Source: Hydrolagus affinis (lineage: Eukaryota). Taken from it: 64,000 bases of DNA. Numbering within the stretch: position 1 is the first letter of the stretch; every line of letters starts with the position of its first letter. Made by a program: the position numbers and the translations under genes. The DNA is taken from positions 1-64,000 of the forward strand of contig JAAILG010001019.1 in NCBI GenBank assembly GCA_012026655.1, written 5' to 3'. The notes beneath the pieces are model-generated. The model saw only the letters and a program-made list of their open reading frames with translations, did no database searches and was not told the DNA's origin. Positions 11,671 through 24,249 of this stretch are shown piece after piece.

Positions 11671-13732
11671 ATCTCCCTGGATGACAAGAGCAATTGGGGT
11701 GAAAGTAAAGCAAAAAAAAGGAGGCTTATGATAAGTGTCAGGCCTAGAATACAGAATTCAACCAATCGGAATATAAGAAGTGCAGGAGAGAACTAAAAAA
11801 GGTAGTTAGAGGGGCAAAAAGAATGCATAAGAAACAATTAGCAGGTAACATTAAAGGGAATCCTAAGGTATTTTAGAAACATATTAAGGGTAAAAGATTG
11901 GTCAAGGGTAGGGTGGGGCCAATAAGGGACCAAGGAGGAAATCTTATTGTGGAGGCAGAGGGCATGGCTGATGTACTGAATGAGTACTTTGCCTCTGTCT
12001 TCACAAGAGAAGAAGATGCAGCCAATGTCACAGTATTGGAGGACAGTGTAGTAGAAATGGATACGATAAGCATAACCAGAGAGGAAGTACTAAAAAGGTT
12101 GACGGCGCTCAAGGTAGATAAGTCACCCGGTTCGGATGGGATGCATCCTTGGTTACTAAGGGAAGTATGGGAGCAAATAGCATAGTCTCTGGCCACAATC
12201 TTTCAATCTTCCTTGGACACAGGGGTGGTACCAGAGGACTGGAGGGTTGCTAATGTTACTCCCCTGTACAAAAAGGGGTAGAAGGACAAACCTGGGAACT
12301 ACAGGCCAGTCAGTCTAATGTCAGTAGTGGGCAAACTTCTAGTAGTCTATAATCAGGGACAAGATAGATCTTCACTTAGAAAAATATAGGCTGATAAAGG
12401 ACAGCCAGCATGGATTTGTTAAAGGCAAATCTTGTCTTACAAATCTGATAGAATTTTTCAACGATGTAACAGAATGGGTGGACGAGGGAAGCGCAGTTGA
12501 TGTGGTAGTTTACATGGACTTTCAAAAGGCATTTGACAAAGTGCCGCATGAGAGGCTTATTAGGAAAATAGAGGCCCATGGCGTTAAAGGGACAGTGGCA
12601 GCGTGGATCCACAACTGGCTGCGAGACAAAAAGCAGAGAGTTGTGGTGAGTGGCTGCTTTTCAGACTGGAGGGAAGTATGCAGTGGCATCCCCCAGGGAT
12701 CAGTTTTAGGACCACTGCTCTTTTTAATGTATATTAATGATTTGGATTTGGGTTTACGGAGTATNNNNNNNNNNNNNNNNNNNNNNNNNNNNNNNNNNNN
12801 NNNNNNNNNNNNNNNNNNNNNNNNNNNNNNNNNNNNNNNNNNNNNNNNNNNNNNNNNNNNNNNNGATAGTAGCCATCTGCAAGAGGATATAGATAAAATG
12901 GTAAAGTGGGCAGACACATGGCAGATGAAGTTTAATACAGAGAAGTGTGAGGTGATACACTTTGGGAGAAGAAATGAGGGGAGGCAATATAGGCTAGATA
13001 GTACAATTTTAAAGGGTGTGAAGGAACAGAGAGACTTGGAGAATTTGTGTTAGTGTCTCTTTGAAAGTGGCAGTACAGGTAGACAAAGCTGTTAAGAAGG
13101 TATAAGGCTTTACAAATAGGGGTATAGAATACAAAAGTCAGGAAGTGCTGATTAACCTCTATAAGACTTTGGTTAGGCCTCAGCTGGAGTAGTATACAAT
13201 TCTGGTCACCACACTTTAGGAAGGATATTAAGGCATTGGAAAGGGTGCAGAGGAGATTTACTAGGATGGTACCAGGAATGAGGGACTTCAGCTACGAGGA
13301 AAGGCTAGATAGGCTAGGATTATTCTCTCTAGAACGAAGAAGATTGAGAGGAGACCTGATAGAGGTTTATAAGGTTATGACAGGTTTCGACAGGGTGTAT
13401 AGGGAAAGATTATTTCCACTGGTGGGCGAATCAGTGACTCATGGTCACAGATTTAAAATAGTTTCAAAATGAAGCAGAGGGGAGCTGAGGAGAAATTTTT
13501 TCACTCAGCGGGTTGTTCGAATCTGGAATGCATTGCCTGAATAGGTGGTGGAGGCAGATTCCATAACAGCTTTTAAAAGGGAACTAGATCTTTATTTAGG
13601 AAGAGCAGGTTTGTTAGGTTATAGGGAGAGAGCTGGGCAGTGGGATTGAGTTGCTCTTAAATTGCTCTTTTCAAAGAGCCGGCACAGATTAGATGGGCCA
13701 AATGGCTTCCTTTTGTGCCGTATAATTCTATG
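11671..13732 (+). mobile_element. 5'-truncated CR1-clade LINE (ORF2 reverse transcriptase plus 3' UTR), disabled
   Basis: [54 protein letters not shown] and FSLERRRLRGDLIEVYK motifs. Internal stops and frameshifts. CR1-type 3' end (gggccaaatggcttcc...ttctatga). Confidence 0.95.
12765..12864. other. Assembly gap (100 N) within the CR1 element
   Basis: Run of exactly 100 N at the position where the RT catalytic xADD motif is expected; probably a placeholder length. Confidence 0.98.
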
Positions 13733-14970
13733 AAATCATTCTCCCTTTGGATACTGGCTGGAATTTGCAGCACACTCCCAAACTCCTGAACCCCAACAGT
13801 AATTCACACCCATAAGTTAAAGAGCATGCGCCTGGTAAAATACAAAAAGGGTTAAAACACATATTTTTAGCTCATTTTTTTTCTGTATTTTGCTTGGCTG
13901 AGCACTGAAGCCAACAGTGACCTTCCTGACCAGTCTTCTGCAGTGTATTGATTCATGTGAGGAGAGAGAGAGTTGTGAGTCCATCACTTATTCCACCCTC
14001 TGTGGTGGGCTTGAGGGGTTGGGACATGTTACCATACCAACCCATGTAAGGTTATAGGAAGCTAACCTTTCTACCTTTTAAAGACCGCTGATTCAGGATT
14101 TCTTTTCCAAACATGAGTATGGCTATTTGACTTTCTCTCCCAAGGGCTGTGGAGTTTTTGCAATAAATTAATTTCTGTTTCCCCCCCCAGCTTATATCGC
14201 AGGTCAGTCTATTTGCAAGTTGTTGATATTTCTTTAAAAAAAATGCATCTGCAACAAGCTCATAAAAATGGTTTCATTGCTATGTTGCTATACTGTATAC
14301 TGTAGTTCATTTGCAGTGCCGCCATTGCTGAAGCCATCCCTATTTTCTCAGCTCCATTTTAAAATTAAATTATTCAGAGTAATTGTTTCTCCAGATTCTC
14401 TCTGTGCGTAGGAGGCTATGTAGCAAGTCTCCTGAAATAACACTATAGTCATCTACACCGCAGTAGATTGCTCACACTCGAGATGACTACAAAATGCACA
14501 GTCACTGCACTTTACGGTCTATCTTGTGAAAAAGCTTTGAGACTTCCTCGGAACGTGAAAGCCGCTATCAAGCAAGAATTTTCAGAATATCAAAATGCTG
14601 TATTGTTCAACAGAGCAAGAATAGATTCCATGAGTTTCATATGATGGCACAACAGCTTGTTAATAGCTTGGATGCTGCAAATTTCAATGCGCACATTGAC
14701 CGCATCAGCTGGCAGGTCGGTTTTGGCTTGAGTTACAAAGCAACAGAATCTGTGAAATTTCACACTCGGGAAGTGAAGCCTCAGGAAAGTACTGTATTGA
14801 AGATCCTGTAAGGAATTGTTGAACCAATCCCTAAAAATATGTTGAACAAAGTCACAACCACTGCTGCAAGTGGGTATAGGCAGAGAGATGGTCAGCAGGC
14901 AGGTTAATTAATTTAGGTTTAATTAATTGATATCCAAAGATATATCAAATGCAATATATCAAATGTAAGG

Positions 14971-15003
<33 letters not shown>
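14971..15003 (+). repeat. (ATT)11 microsatellite grown from a SINE tail
   Basis: Directly follows atatcaaatgtaagg. Confidence 0.9.
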
Positions 15004-18000
15004 TACATAGAGAGGGGTGAATATATAGAATGAGTGACACAGGTCTACAGAGAAGGTAATGAACTTTGAGAGAGAAATACATAGCTATTGGCAAAAAAAT
15101 CCACTGAGGCACATGAGAAATTGAGCAGTGAAGGATTCTGCCTTTTCTTTTACTCTTGAGTTTAGCCAGAAGGACTGAAATGATCTTTTCATGCCCTGTA
15201 CATCGCTGAGTTCCTCTGATAATCTTTCGCTGAATTATGTGCCCACAGGATACTTTTAAAAATGAGCAGTGAATGCTTTTTTCAGAGTCAGATTTGTGAT
15301 TGTACGTTCACATTCCTCTCAGAATCTCCGTTGTCCTCTTTTTCCCCTCAAATGATATCATACTGGGCTAGCTGACCTGAAAGACTGTGTTACTTGGCTC
15401 GGCATGGGGTTCCACCACTATTAAGCGTTCTGAAATACCAACCGGTGAGAAGGGTACTACATAAATGCAAGTGTTGTTGTTGTTACTTTCACTAAAGTAG
15501 GACTTGTCTATAAAAGATATATTTTATTTAATAATCTTCATACAGGACTTCATGAACGTGTTTTTAATTGTTTGTTATGGATCTTTACGTTAATCTTAGC
15601 TTTGCATGTAAGGGGGTACCCTTCAACATTCATCCAGGTAAGGAGGTTGCTCTCAGTTTATCTGTAATGTTACCGACCTTTGGTCAATTTGTATGAACTA
15701 ACCCCCAGAATTTCAGGTCCTTGGGAACTAATTCACTGATTATCTGGGAGGCAGTGTTACTAAGGGGTGGACTGATCTGAGAAAATTGAGAGTCTGTGAG
15801 GGTAAGCTTCACCTGAGCAAACTGTGTGATAGATTCCTAGTTCTGGGAATACTGACATTTGTACAGCACTCAAAGGGGTGGCAGGAAACAGTTGAAGTAT
15901 CCCATTGGATATTGTGAAGTATATCTGAAGAAGACCAAAGCAGAGAAGAGAAATATAGCAAAGGACAATTGATAGCATTCATCCAAAGAACCATCCAGAC
16001 TGACATCAATAACTAAACTGTAAAGACTTACACTCAACAAATTTGACTTGAGCTGCAGACCCACATTTTTCATTTACCAGAGGAATTCCAATAATCCAGT
16101 GTGAATAGTACATTGCTGGTATAATTTGCTCCAAATTGAACATTCCCCACACTCAACAACTTGCATTTATATATCTTCCTTCATGTGGGGTAGATTTGCA
16201 GAGCGCTTCTAACACTGCTCTCCTAGTTAATACAAATTAGTTGTGATTTGTAATGAGCTGTCAACAGATGGGATATATTTATTATTGAGCAAAATTGCAA
16301 CAGAATTGCAGTATTTCAATACCATATTCAACGATGTTTACTTATTGACAGCACTGAGCAAAAGGTTTAAAGTTAATTCAGTGGTTGTTCAATAAAAGAA
16401 CTGATCAGGAAGTGGAGGCATGGCAGAATTTGCTGCAGTCTACTGCAGATCCATGACCAAGCCTACAACTTGTGCAGTTTCATCTGGTTCTGCAAAAGAG
16501 CAATAAAGGCTTCACAGAATGGAAACTGTTTGACCAGATATATCCATGAGAATAAGCATGTTTGTCACACCGTATTAGGATGTGATAGCAATGAGCTACC
16601 CTGGACTACATCATTTATATTGACTAGTCTGTGTGACTCTACAGTTACTTCCTGGCACGTATCTGATATGCAAAACAAAAGACCTTGCCTCACTGCAGAG
16701 CATCACTAAAGTGCTGTCAGAGGTGAGAGAACACAGTTACGTAGACATCTTGAAAAGTGGGACTATTTTGTGTGGGAAGCTTTCAATATTTTGAATATTT
16801 GGAGGAAAATTAGGGTGAATAGAGGAAGGCAATTTCTACAATGTTGATTGTTAGTAACATGAGGGCGTACAAATGTAACCTGGGCAACAAGAAATACTCG
16901 GTTGAGAGATTTACAGCAAATCCTGAAAGCAATTTAAGCGAGTTTTCCTTGAGTTGTACAATCATTGGTCTTGTAAAAGCCACAACTTCTCCACAAATGT
17001 GTTCCTTCCTGATTATACCATAAACCTGTGCATCCAATATACAGATTGCATGATCTAAGTAACCACCTACATTGCCACTAAAATCCATGGGATTTCTGGG
17101 TGGCTCTCAGGCTCAATGAGATCATCTCTACTCATATAAAGAAACCACAATCACACTTTGCAATCCGCATCACCTGTGTGTTTCGAAAGGATTCTTGTTT
17201 CCCACTCACACATGGGCAATTGCAGCAAAGATAAGTTGGTGAATCATGGCACTGATCTTCACGATGGCTCACCTCCTATCTAGTTAAAAGTAACTTTCCA
17301 TTTATATTGTCCACACTTGCCACTATCATCACTCAAGTGGTACAATGCTGAGTTCAGTTCATGCTGCCCAAGAAGGTCATTAAGACTTTGATACAGTTGA
17401 CCAGCTTTCCTAAGCTCTGTGCTGATAGATGCTCACAAAGTCATGTCAAAACACACCAAATCAGCACATATCCCTTTGCAGAGCACAAGGTAACTCACTG
17501 TTGTTACTCAAGAGGAACCCATGATATACTTCAACCAGCTGTAGAGTGATTTAGCATAATTTTAGTGGACGTGTGAGCACTTATGGATGGACACATCCCA
17601 CTGATCCTCCTCCATCTCCCCAATGATTCAATTAGCCTGTAGATGAGTTTTATATCCTTTGCAGCAGTTCATGTTGGCTCTGAAAATGAAGCAAGCTCCC
17701 TTTACAAGCATTGGTGGTCAGCTAATTCCTCTAATTCCCTTCACAATGTTTTAATGGTTCTGCACTTATTGGATGAGTGACAAGAAATGTCCAACTCCAA
17801 TTTCAGTTTACTTTTCCCCCAAAATTTTGTGTGTCGTTTTGCTGAGCATTTCTTCAACCATTGTTTGTTAAAAAAACGAGTTGGAAAATAGATGTGGGAT
17901 TTTCAGGCTCCATCTGGGGGTTTTATTTTGTAGATTGTTTGCCACATTTTCAGTCGATGAAGGTGAAGCTTTTATCTGTGATTATTGTAGTCACTTTTGT

Positions 18001-18489
18001 TGCTGAAAGCAAATGGGACTGAGAGTGATGGAGGGTGATAGATAGTAATTATCCTTGCATTTGACATTGCACCTTTCATGTTGGTAAGATCTCCCAAAGT
18101 GCTTCACAGCATTGATGGTAATACATGCTGAATGCATTTGTGGATAAACGTGACAGTCAATTTGTACACAGCATTGACAATCAAATTGCCCACAAACAGC
18201 CATGAAGTGAATGACCAATTTTTATTGGGTTGGGTGGGTGGGGAGGGGTGAGATCGTTAGGCCAAGATCCAAGGAGAAACTCCCTTTTCTTTTAAAACAG
18301 TGTCTTTCACAAGATCTTTCACATCCACCAGCGCCTTGGGATGTCCTTCTGACGTGAAAGGCGCCATACAAATGTAATTTTGTTGTTGATTTTGTTGTCA
18401 TTTTGAGACTTCAAATTTGCACCCAAAATTGTGCGACCAAACACTAAATTCAAATTTAAAAAAATTGTGATACCAAAGTTCAGGAAAGA

Positions 18490-18828
18490 ACAGGGTGAAT
18501 AAGGAAAAACTGTTTCCACTGGTGGGCGAATCTATGACTCGTGGTCACAGATTTAAAATAGTTTCAAAATGAAGCAGAGGGGAGCTGAGGAGAAATGTTT
18601 TCACTCAGCGGGTTGTTTGAATCTGGAATGCATTGCCTGAAAAGATGGTGGAGGCCAATTCGATAACAGCTTTTAAAAGAGAACTAGATTTTTATTTAGG
18701 GAGAACAGGTCTGTTAGGTTATGGGGAGAGAGCTGGGCAGTGGGATTGAGTTGCTCTTTTCAAAGAGCCGGCACAGACTAGATGGGCTGAATGGCCTCCT
18801 TTTGTGCCTTAAGATTCTATGATTCTAT
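18490..18828 (+). mobile_element. CR1 LINE 3' end, same subfamily as 11671-13732
   Basis: Near-identical to 13390-13732 (ccactggtgggcgaatc...caaagagccggcacaga). Ends in the gattctat-gattctat terminal repeat typical of CR1. Confidence 0.92.
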
Positions 18829-20299
18829 AACAACAAACAGTAAAGGCTGTTTTGGTGACCAGTATTTCGCTGTTCAATCCTCTGTTTGACTTTTCGGGCC
18901 TGTCCTCAGCCCAGAAAGGGTCTGGAATATAAGAGGAAAAGAGAGGTTGGAAAGCAAATGAGCAGGTACAGAACAATCTTTTCCAGCCTTCAGGATCACA
19001 ACATTTTTTGTAAATTTTGTATTGAATTTTAGAGGAAATTCTGCAATTGAAAGCCATAAACCAGAAAGACAAATAACATGGCAAAATCCAGTTTGCTGAA
19101 GTTGCATTTTATGTCATTGATTAAGCAGTGTGTAATTCATTCATTCTGTTTGTACAGTGAGACTCAATGTTCTCTTTTTAAAAAAAACTACCCAAATGAC
19201 ACTGCTATATTTTGTGCACTGGCCTTCTGGAAAATACAGTATGTTGCAGTGTAAGCTATGTAGAGCAAAGTATTTAAAATCGTCACTAATTAATTCAGAA
19301 GAAATTCTCTAGGAAAATTAAAGGGTGCTTATTTTCAAATGTGGATTAAAACAGCTGTGATCCACTCAACTTTTGAACAGATTAATTTAGTTTTACATAA
19401 AAGAAATATGGTTTCTATTTTGATCGAAACGAATGTTAAAATTAATATGTTCCTGAACTGGATGGCTGCAATCTGATATTTGCAATGCATACAGAGGCGT
19501 TCTCACTATCTCTAGTCATTGTTTGAGCCACTGCAGTCATGACACTGTAAAAACAGCACCCACTGCAGCCTGCCATTTTACAGCAGTGAGTAATCCCTTG
19601 AGGGTGATGGTTGCTCAGAGGCCTTAAGGATTGAATGTGTCTCTGGATCGTTCCCAGGAAACTCTGTGACCAAATCATTGCGCAGTTCCAAACCTCTGCT
19701 GTTATTTAGCTGTGTGTTTTACAGCTCGAAAGACTGAACCCCCTGATGGTCTGAAGATCTCAAGACTGGGCCTTAGACTATCACATTGAATTGAAATGTG
19801 TGGTCAATTCCGTGACGTTTCTGTTTCTGTGGGACGTTACCTTATTGGTGTGTGCCTAGTAACCTTGGCTTTGCCAGTGGAGGGATGGGGTCCACATGAT
19901 CTTGCCCTTCACTGTTCACCTGCCTCCACCCCTTCACGGTGGTGTGCTGGTCCTCATTTGCAAGACCCGCTGAGTGTGATGCTCTTGTTGTCACTGTGCA
20001 ACAGTTCCTCAGTGTTTAGATACCAGGTCATTGCTGGGCTGCGCTGTTGGCGGCAGCTCTTTGCTTGTGGTCATGGCCACAGTGACAGGACTTCCTTCAC
20101 CAACTGACCCACAGCCTTAACCTGACATGAGGTGGCTTCACATCGGCTAACACAGAAATAATGCTGAATAATATACTCCATCATCCCACTCGGCAAACGT
20201 TAACTCGAGTATGCAAGCATTTTAAAACCCTGTGTGTGACTCCCAAACTGTAGCATTTCACCCCTTTTTTTCCCCTTAAGCCATTACATCTGTTACGTT

Positions 20300-21273
20300 T
20301 CCACAAAATTACTTGCTACATTATACATTGAGCTAAAGAGCGAACGAGCAGAGAGTTAAGGGGATCCATCGTAACAGCCCTGTTTTGTTCACCCATATCC
20401 TGTCCATCAGCTCTGTGTTGTTTGTAATAGTCTCTGCCAACGCTTTGGCTTTTTTTTTGTTTAGGCAGCCGCTACACGATCTACAGCCACTGCAGTGGAG
20501 AGGGAAGAGGGATAGGGTTGAGATGCAGGTTGAATACTAAAAGAGGTGTGCCTTGTGCCGAGCTTGCTTCACTGGCTCATTTCATTTCTTATCAAGCTCT
20601 GATGTGGGTGCTATAGTTACAGCAGTTAGCTGCAGCTCCTCCAAGAAGCGATCGCTGCTGCGTCTTGGACTAGGAGTTGCAGTTAAATATTTTTCCCTGT
20701 GAGAAGAATATTCTCAGGGCCATCTTTGATTTTATTTTCATTTCATGCTAAACCCATCGCACCGGGTGTCGGGTGGGGTAGGGGAAGGGAGGGAGAGCTC
20801 TGGCGAGGGATTGAGACAACATGTAGCGGTGGTGTTCTGTTGCTCTGTTGAAGATTGTCATTTTACGAAGAGATATGTTATAAGTTTGGCTTTTGGGCAT
20901 TTTTTTCTGCACAGTGAGAAGCTGCTCAACTCTCTCTCTCTCTCTCTCTCTCTCTGCCTGAACACACATTATGCTTTTTTAAGTATCACTGCAGTGGTAG
21001 TGATTTGGGGGCAGCAGCTGTGATCTATGGCTGCACTAGCATAAGTTGTGCGCTTTCCTCAGGTATGGATTTGCTTCTCGATGAGGCTATAATTGTGGTG
21101 GGACAGCCAGCCTGAGCAGGTGGGTAGAATGTCCAGGTTCAGCACCGGTGTCTGGGAGAGTGAAGTGGGAGACATTTGCAGCTCCATCGAGCTCGATTTG
21201 ATCAATTGTAAACGTCTGAATCTTCGTCAGCCACATTCTGAAAAAACGAGGGCGCAACGCGAAAGCTGGGAAG
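20300..21273 (+). promoter_or_regulatory. Putative internal promoter and 5' UTR for the NAV1-like first exon
   Basis: Repeat-free segment directly upstream of the exon, with more CpG than the flanks, a (CT)n tract and upstream ATGs. In-frame stops upstream of ATG 21274 argue for a first exon rather than a cassette exon. The TSS cannot be located from sequence. Confidence 0.4.
20930..20955. repeat. (CT)n microsatellite
   Basis: Seen directly. Confidence 0.95.
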
Positions 21274-21820
21274 ATGCAAAGACAGACAGAACTATCTGTG
21301 TTTAGAAACTGGAACATGGGGCATGGCATTTCTCTTCGGAAGCAGAAATCTTTGACAAACCTCTCAGTATTGGATGAGAGGGAGAGTGTCCTCTACTCCT
21401 TTGAAGGCAGCTGGGCAGATGACACAGCTAAACCCTGTCAGCCTTTCAGCCGGGAGTTCAGATCGCAGGCCATGTCTTTATCGAGGGCACTTTCCAAATC
21501 GGAGCATTCACTCTTCCAGGAAAGCAGCCTTGGCCAGGAAGGTGGTAAAGTGGCTCTGGCTGTCAACAGCGGTAAGCTGAATAAACTTTCTAAATGCCAG
21601 TGGGCTGAAGTGAAACCCACAAATAAAGTTTCTGAAATGCGTGCTGGAGATGGCAGCAAGTCAGATGATGAAATTCTGTCTATCAAGTCTAAGGTTTCTA
21701 GGAAGCAGAAGACACAGACTGAAGAAGGATGCCTTCGTGAAGGAGTTGCACAATTAGATGAGGACATTATTTTGACCATGCTGGGAGACCTAGAACAAGT
21801 CCTTTACACAAATATACTTG
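21274..21820 (+). CDS. NAV3: Putative alternative first coding exon of NAV3, homologous to the NAV1 N-terminal exon
   Basis: Stop-free 182-codon frame from AAGATGC to donor CTTG|gtaagc (phase 1, compatible with the acceptor at 25574). Motifs LRKQKSLTNLS, LSKSEHSLFQ, AEVKP, KSDDEILS and LGDLEQVL match the recalled NAV1 N-terminus. Confidence 0.8.
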
Positions 21821-23847
21821 GTAAGCTGTGGGATTTTATTCTGTAGTCAGTGGGTTTTATTATAAAGGTAAAACTAAATTGAATTGGAGTGACTGCTTCT
21901 TTTAAAATTCATAGTGTTTTAGTATTCAGTTTATTTTGCACTGCAAAGATATGAAATATCATATCAATACTGTATATGAGATCCACAGGGACACATTAAA
22001 GCAAATGTTAGGAAACTGAATAATGAAAGTTTATTACAAAATTAATATTTGTAAATTACAAAGTGATTGAAAATGAAAGCCGTACTTGTTAAAGAGGGCA
22101 GAAAATATTTTTTTTCTTAAGAACTGTAAAGATTAAAGATTTGTTTAATTAGCCCTTGCTTTACAGTGTTCCCACTTCTACTGTATGTGATAGTTTGCGG
22201 CAGGTACAGTGTCTACCGAACAGTTGCTCGTCTCATTGAGTAAATAAAATGTTAAAATGGTTCTTTTTTGACAGATGGTAGGATTACAGTAAGGAGCTAA
22301 TGGACTAGATCAATTGCAGTAACAATATTATAATACAGACCATACATTGAATATTCTAGCAATCTGCTGCAGATTATTTTAATGAGTCTGTGCGGCAATG
22401 CAATTGTTAACTCTCTTCATTCACTGACTGCCATCAAGCATTAAGGAAATGGAAGACATGGGGAACTGGAATCCACACTGATCAAAAGCACGGTAGATTT
22501 CTGCATCCATCTAAATCAGTCTACATGATAAATAATAACAGATAGAGAGGAATGCAAATCTTGAGCCAATTGCTTAGATTACTTCCTTGTGGTCACTCAA
22601 AACCATCAATTGGGTCTTGCACTGAAGATTTGGTTGAGCAATATTAATTATTAAAGCCGCAAAGTCCTGTAATGTTTTTAAATGTTTTGTATAAATTGCT
22701 GACAGTATCTTATTTAAGGAGCGATATCGAGGACGTTGCCCAAATAGATGTTAATGCATGTAAGCCTAGTATTGCTTAATGAATAAGGAGGTTAAGACTG
22801 TGTCGTATCCATGACCTCCTTTATCCCCTTGCTCTTTCCTTTCCTGCACTTATGATGCCATTTCCTTTCCAAGAGCCACCAGCTGAACAAATATCAAAAG
22901 CCATGGCAGTAGTTTTCCATTTATATCAGTTGAATTCACATCACAATCCTCACTTCAAAATCCTATCAAATCAACTGCATGACTTGCAAATAGCAAGTTG
23001 AAATGGGCAGGTCATTTTCACATGCCTTTTTAAATTTAATAAATCTTTTTGTGGCTACCTAGCATCACATATATAATCTTACTGCATTCCTTGTCTTTTA
23101 TCCATTGCTAAAAAAAAATGGTGGAAACCTAAATTTAAGCTGCGACGTGAAAATGGTGTAAAGAGAGACTGAATGTTGGTAACGTTTGCTAAAAGTGCCT
23201 TGTATCACAAATGGTACGTTTTAAAAATTAATGATTTGAAAAGCACTCCATTTTTCTGGAAACCGAGTCTGCCATAGGAATAGTAATGGAGAAGAAGGTG
23301 TCTGCTCAGGATGTTTCCATGTTAAGGCACCTTTGTCGTCAATTGCTTGATTATGACTCTCCGTTCTCTTTGCTGTATACCAAACGAAAAGTACAGTCAA
23401 TGTGCGAGGCACAGGCATGTGTTGTGCATGCATAATGCATATAATTATTCATTTAATAATCACTTTTTAAAAAATGATATCATTACAAACTATGTTTCTG
23501 TTTTTGACTTGTACCACATAACCTGATGGTTTCATGAAGAAAAATGTTCTGAACCATTCTTGGCAGGATTGGTGCCTCCAGTCTCTCACCCACATTTAAC
23601 TAAAATCTGAAATATTAAACCCTAAGGAGTTAACACTTCACATGATGTTGCTTCGCCAAATCCTCATCGTTGGGGTCTAACATGCAATTTACATTTAGAA
23701 ATCATTCAAGTATCAAATTTGAATTTTATGTGTGTGTTGGAAATCTATTCCCCCTCCCTCACCCCCAACACAAAAACATGGAGGGGAATCTTTCTCTGCC
23801 GCCATCCAGCTAATTTATATTCGGTACATCAGGAACTTAATGATAAT

Positions 23848-24150
23848 CAATAATCTTTGCATTTGATATAGCGCTTTATCACATCTTCTAGATGTCTCAA
23901 AGCGCTTCACAGAATATACTGTAAAGTGAATTGATTGTATATTTGTGGGGGAAACGCGACAGCCAATTGTGCACAGCAGTGTCCCACAAACAGCCGTGGA
24001 TTGAAAATGACCAATTTGTTATAGTTTTTTGAGGGATTATTATTAAGTGTGTGGAGTAAGGACATACTTGCCCAAGGATTCGCCCTGGAATTGAACCCAG
24101 ATCTCCTCGCTTGCAAGGCGAGTGCTCCAACCACTGAGCTACAGGACTCC
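23848..24150 (-). mobile_element. Full-length tRNA-derived SINE (family A in this window)
   Basis: Minus-strand head GGAGTCCTGTAGCTCAGTGG...CTTGCAA...GGTTCAATTCC (Pol III A and B boxes, Ala-TGC-like loop), core tgtttgtgggacactgctgtg, and tail atatcaaatgcaa(a/g)gattatt. Confidence 0.9.
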
Positions 24151-24249
24151 ACTCTCCAATTTCTCCATTATAATCTATACATAAGACCTGAGTGTGATTA
24201 CTGAATTCGAGCTTTTAGAAACTGTTGTACCTGGGTTGCATCTATCTGT

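Noticed and set aside
11873-13472. Functional reverse transcriptase gene or retron-like system
   Set aside because: 5'-truncated CR1 ORF2 with multiple stops and frameshifts; ordinary vertebrate LINE debris.
19796-20140. 103-aa ORF in a GC-richer patch upstream of the internal promoter
   Set aside because: No recognisable homology or convincing splice sites. It may be an old repeat, but I could not classify it.
21045-21070. Acceptor tttcctcag|G that would make the NAV1-like exon an internal cassette
   Set aside because: Splicing from exon 9895 in phase 1 meets TGA after 17 codons, so it cannot give a continuous NAV3 frame.
21438-21779. 113-aa minus-strand ORF
   Set aside because: Antisense shadow of the NAV1-like exon.
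21274-21846. Separate nested NAV1 gene or NAV1 retrocopy
   Set aside because: Similarity stops exactly at a phase-matched splice donor and continues in the next NAV3 exon, which fits an alternative exon. A retrocopy would run through the junction.
24075-24150. tRNA-Ala(TGC) gene on the minus strand (also at 33095, 40497 and 49780)
   Set aside because: A/B boxes and an anticodon arm are present, but the acceptor stem is incomplete and each head continues into a SINE body.
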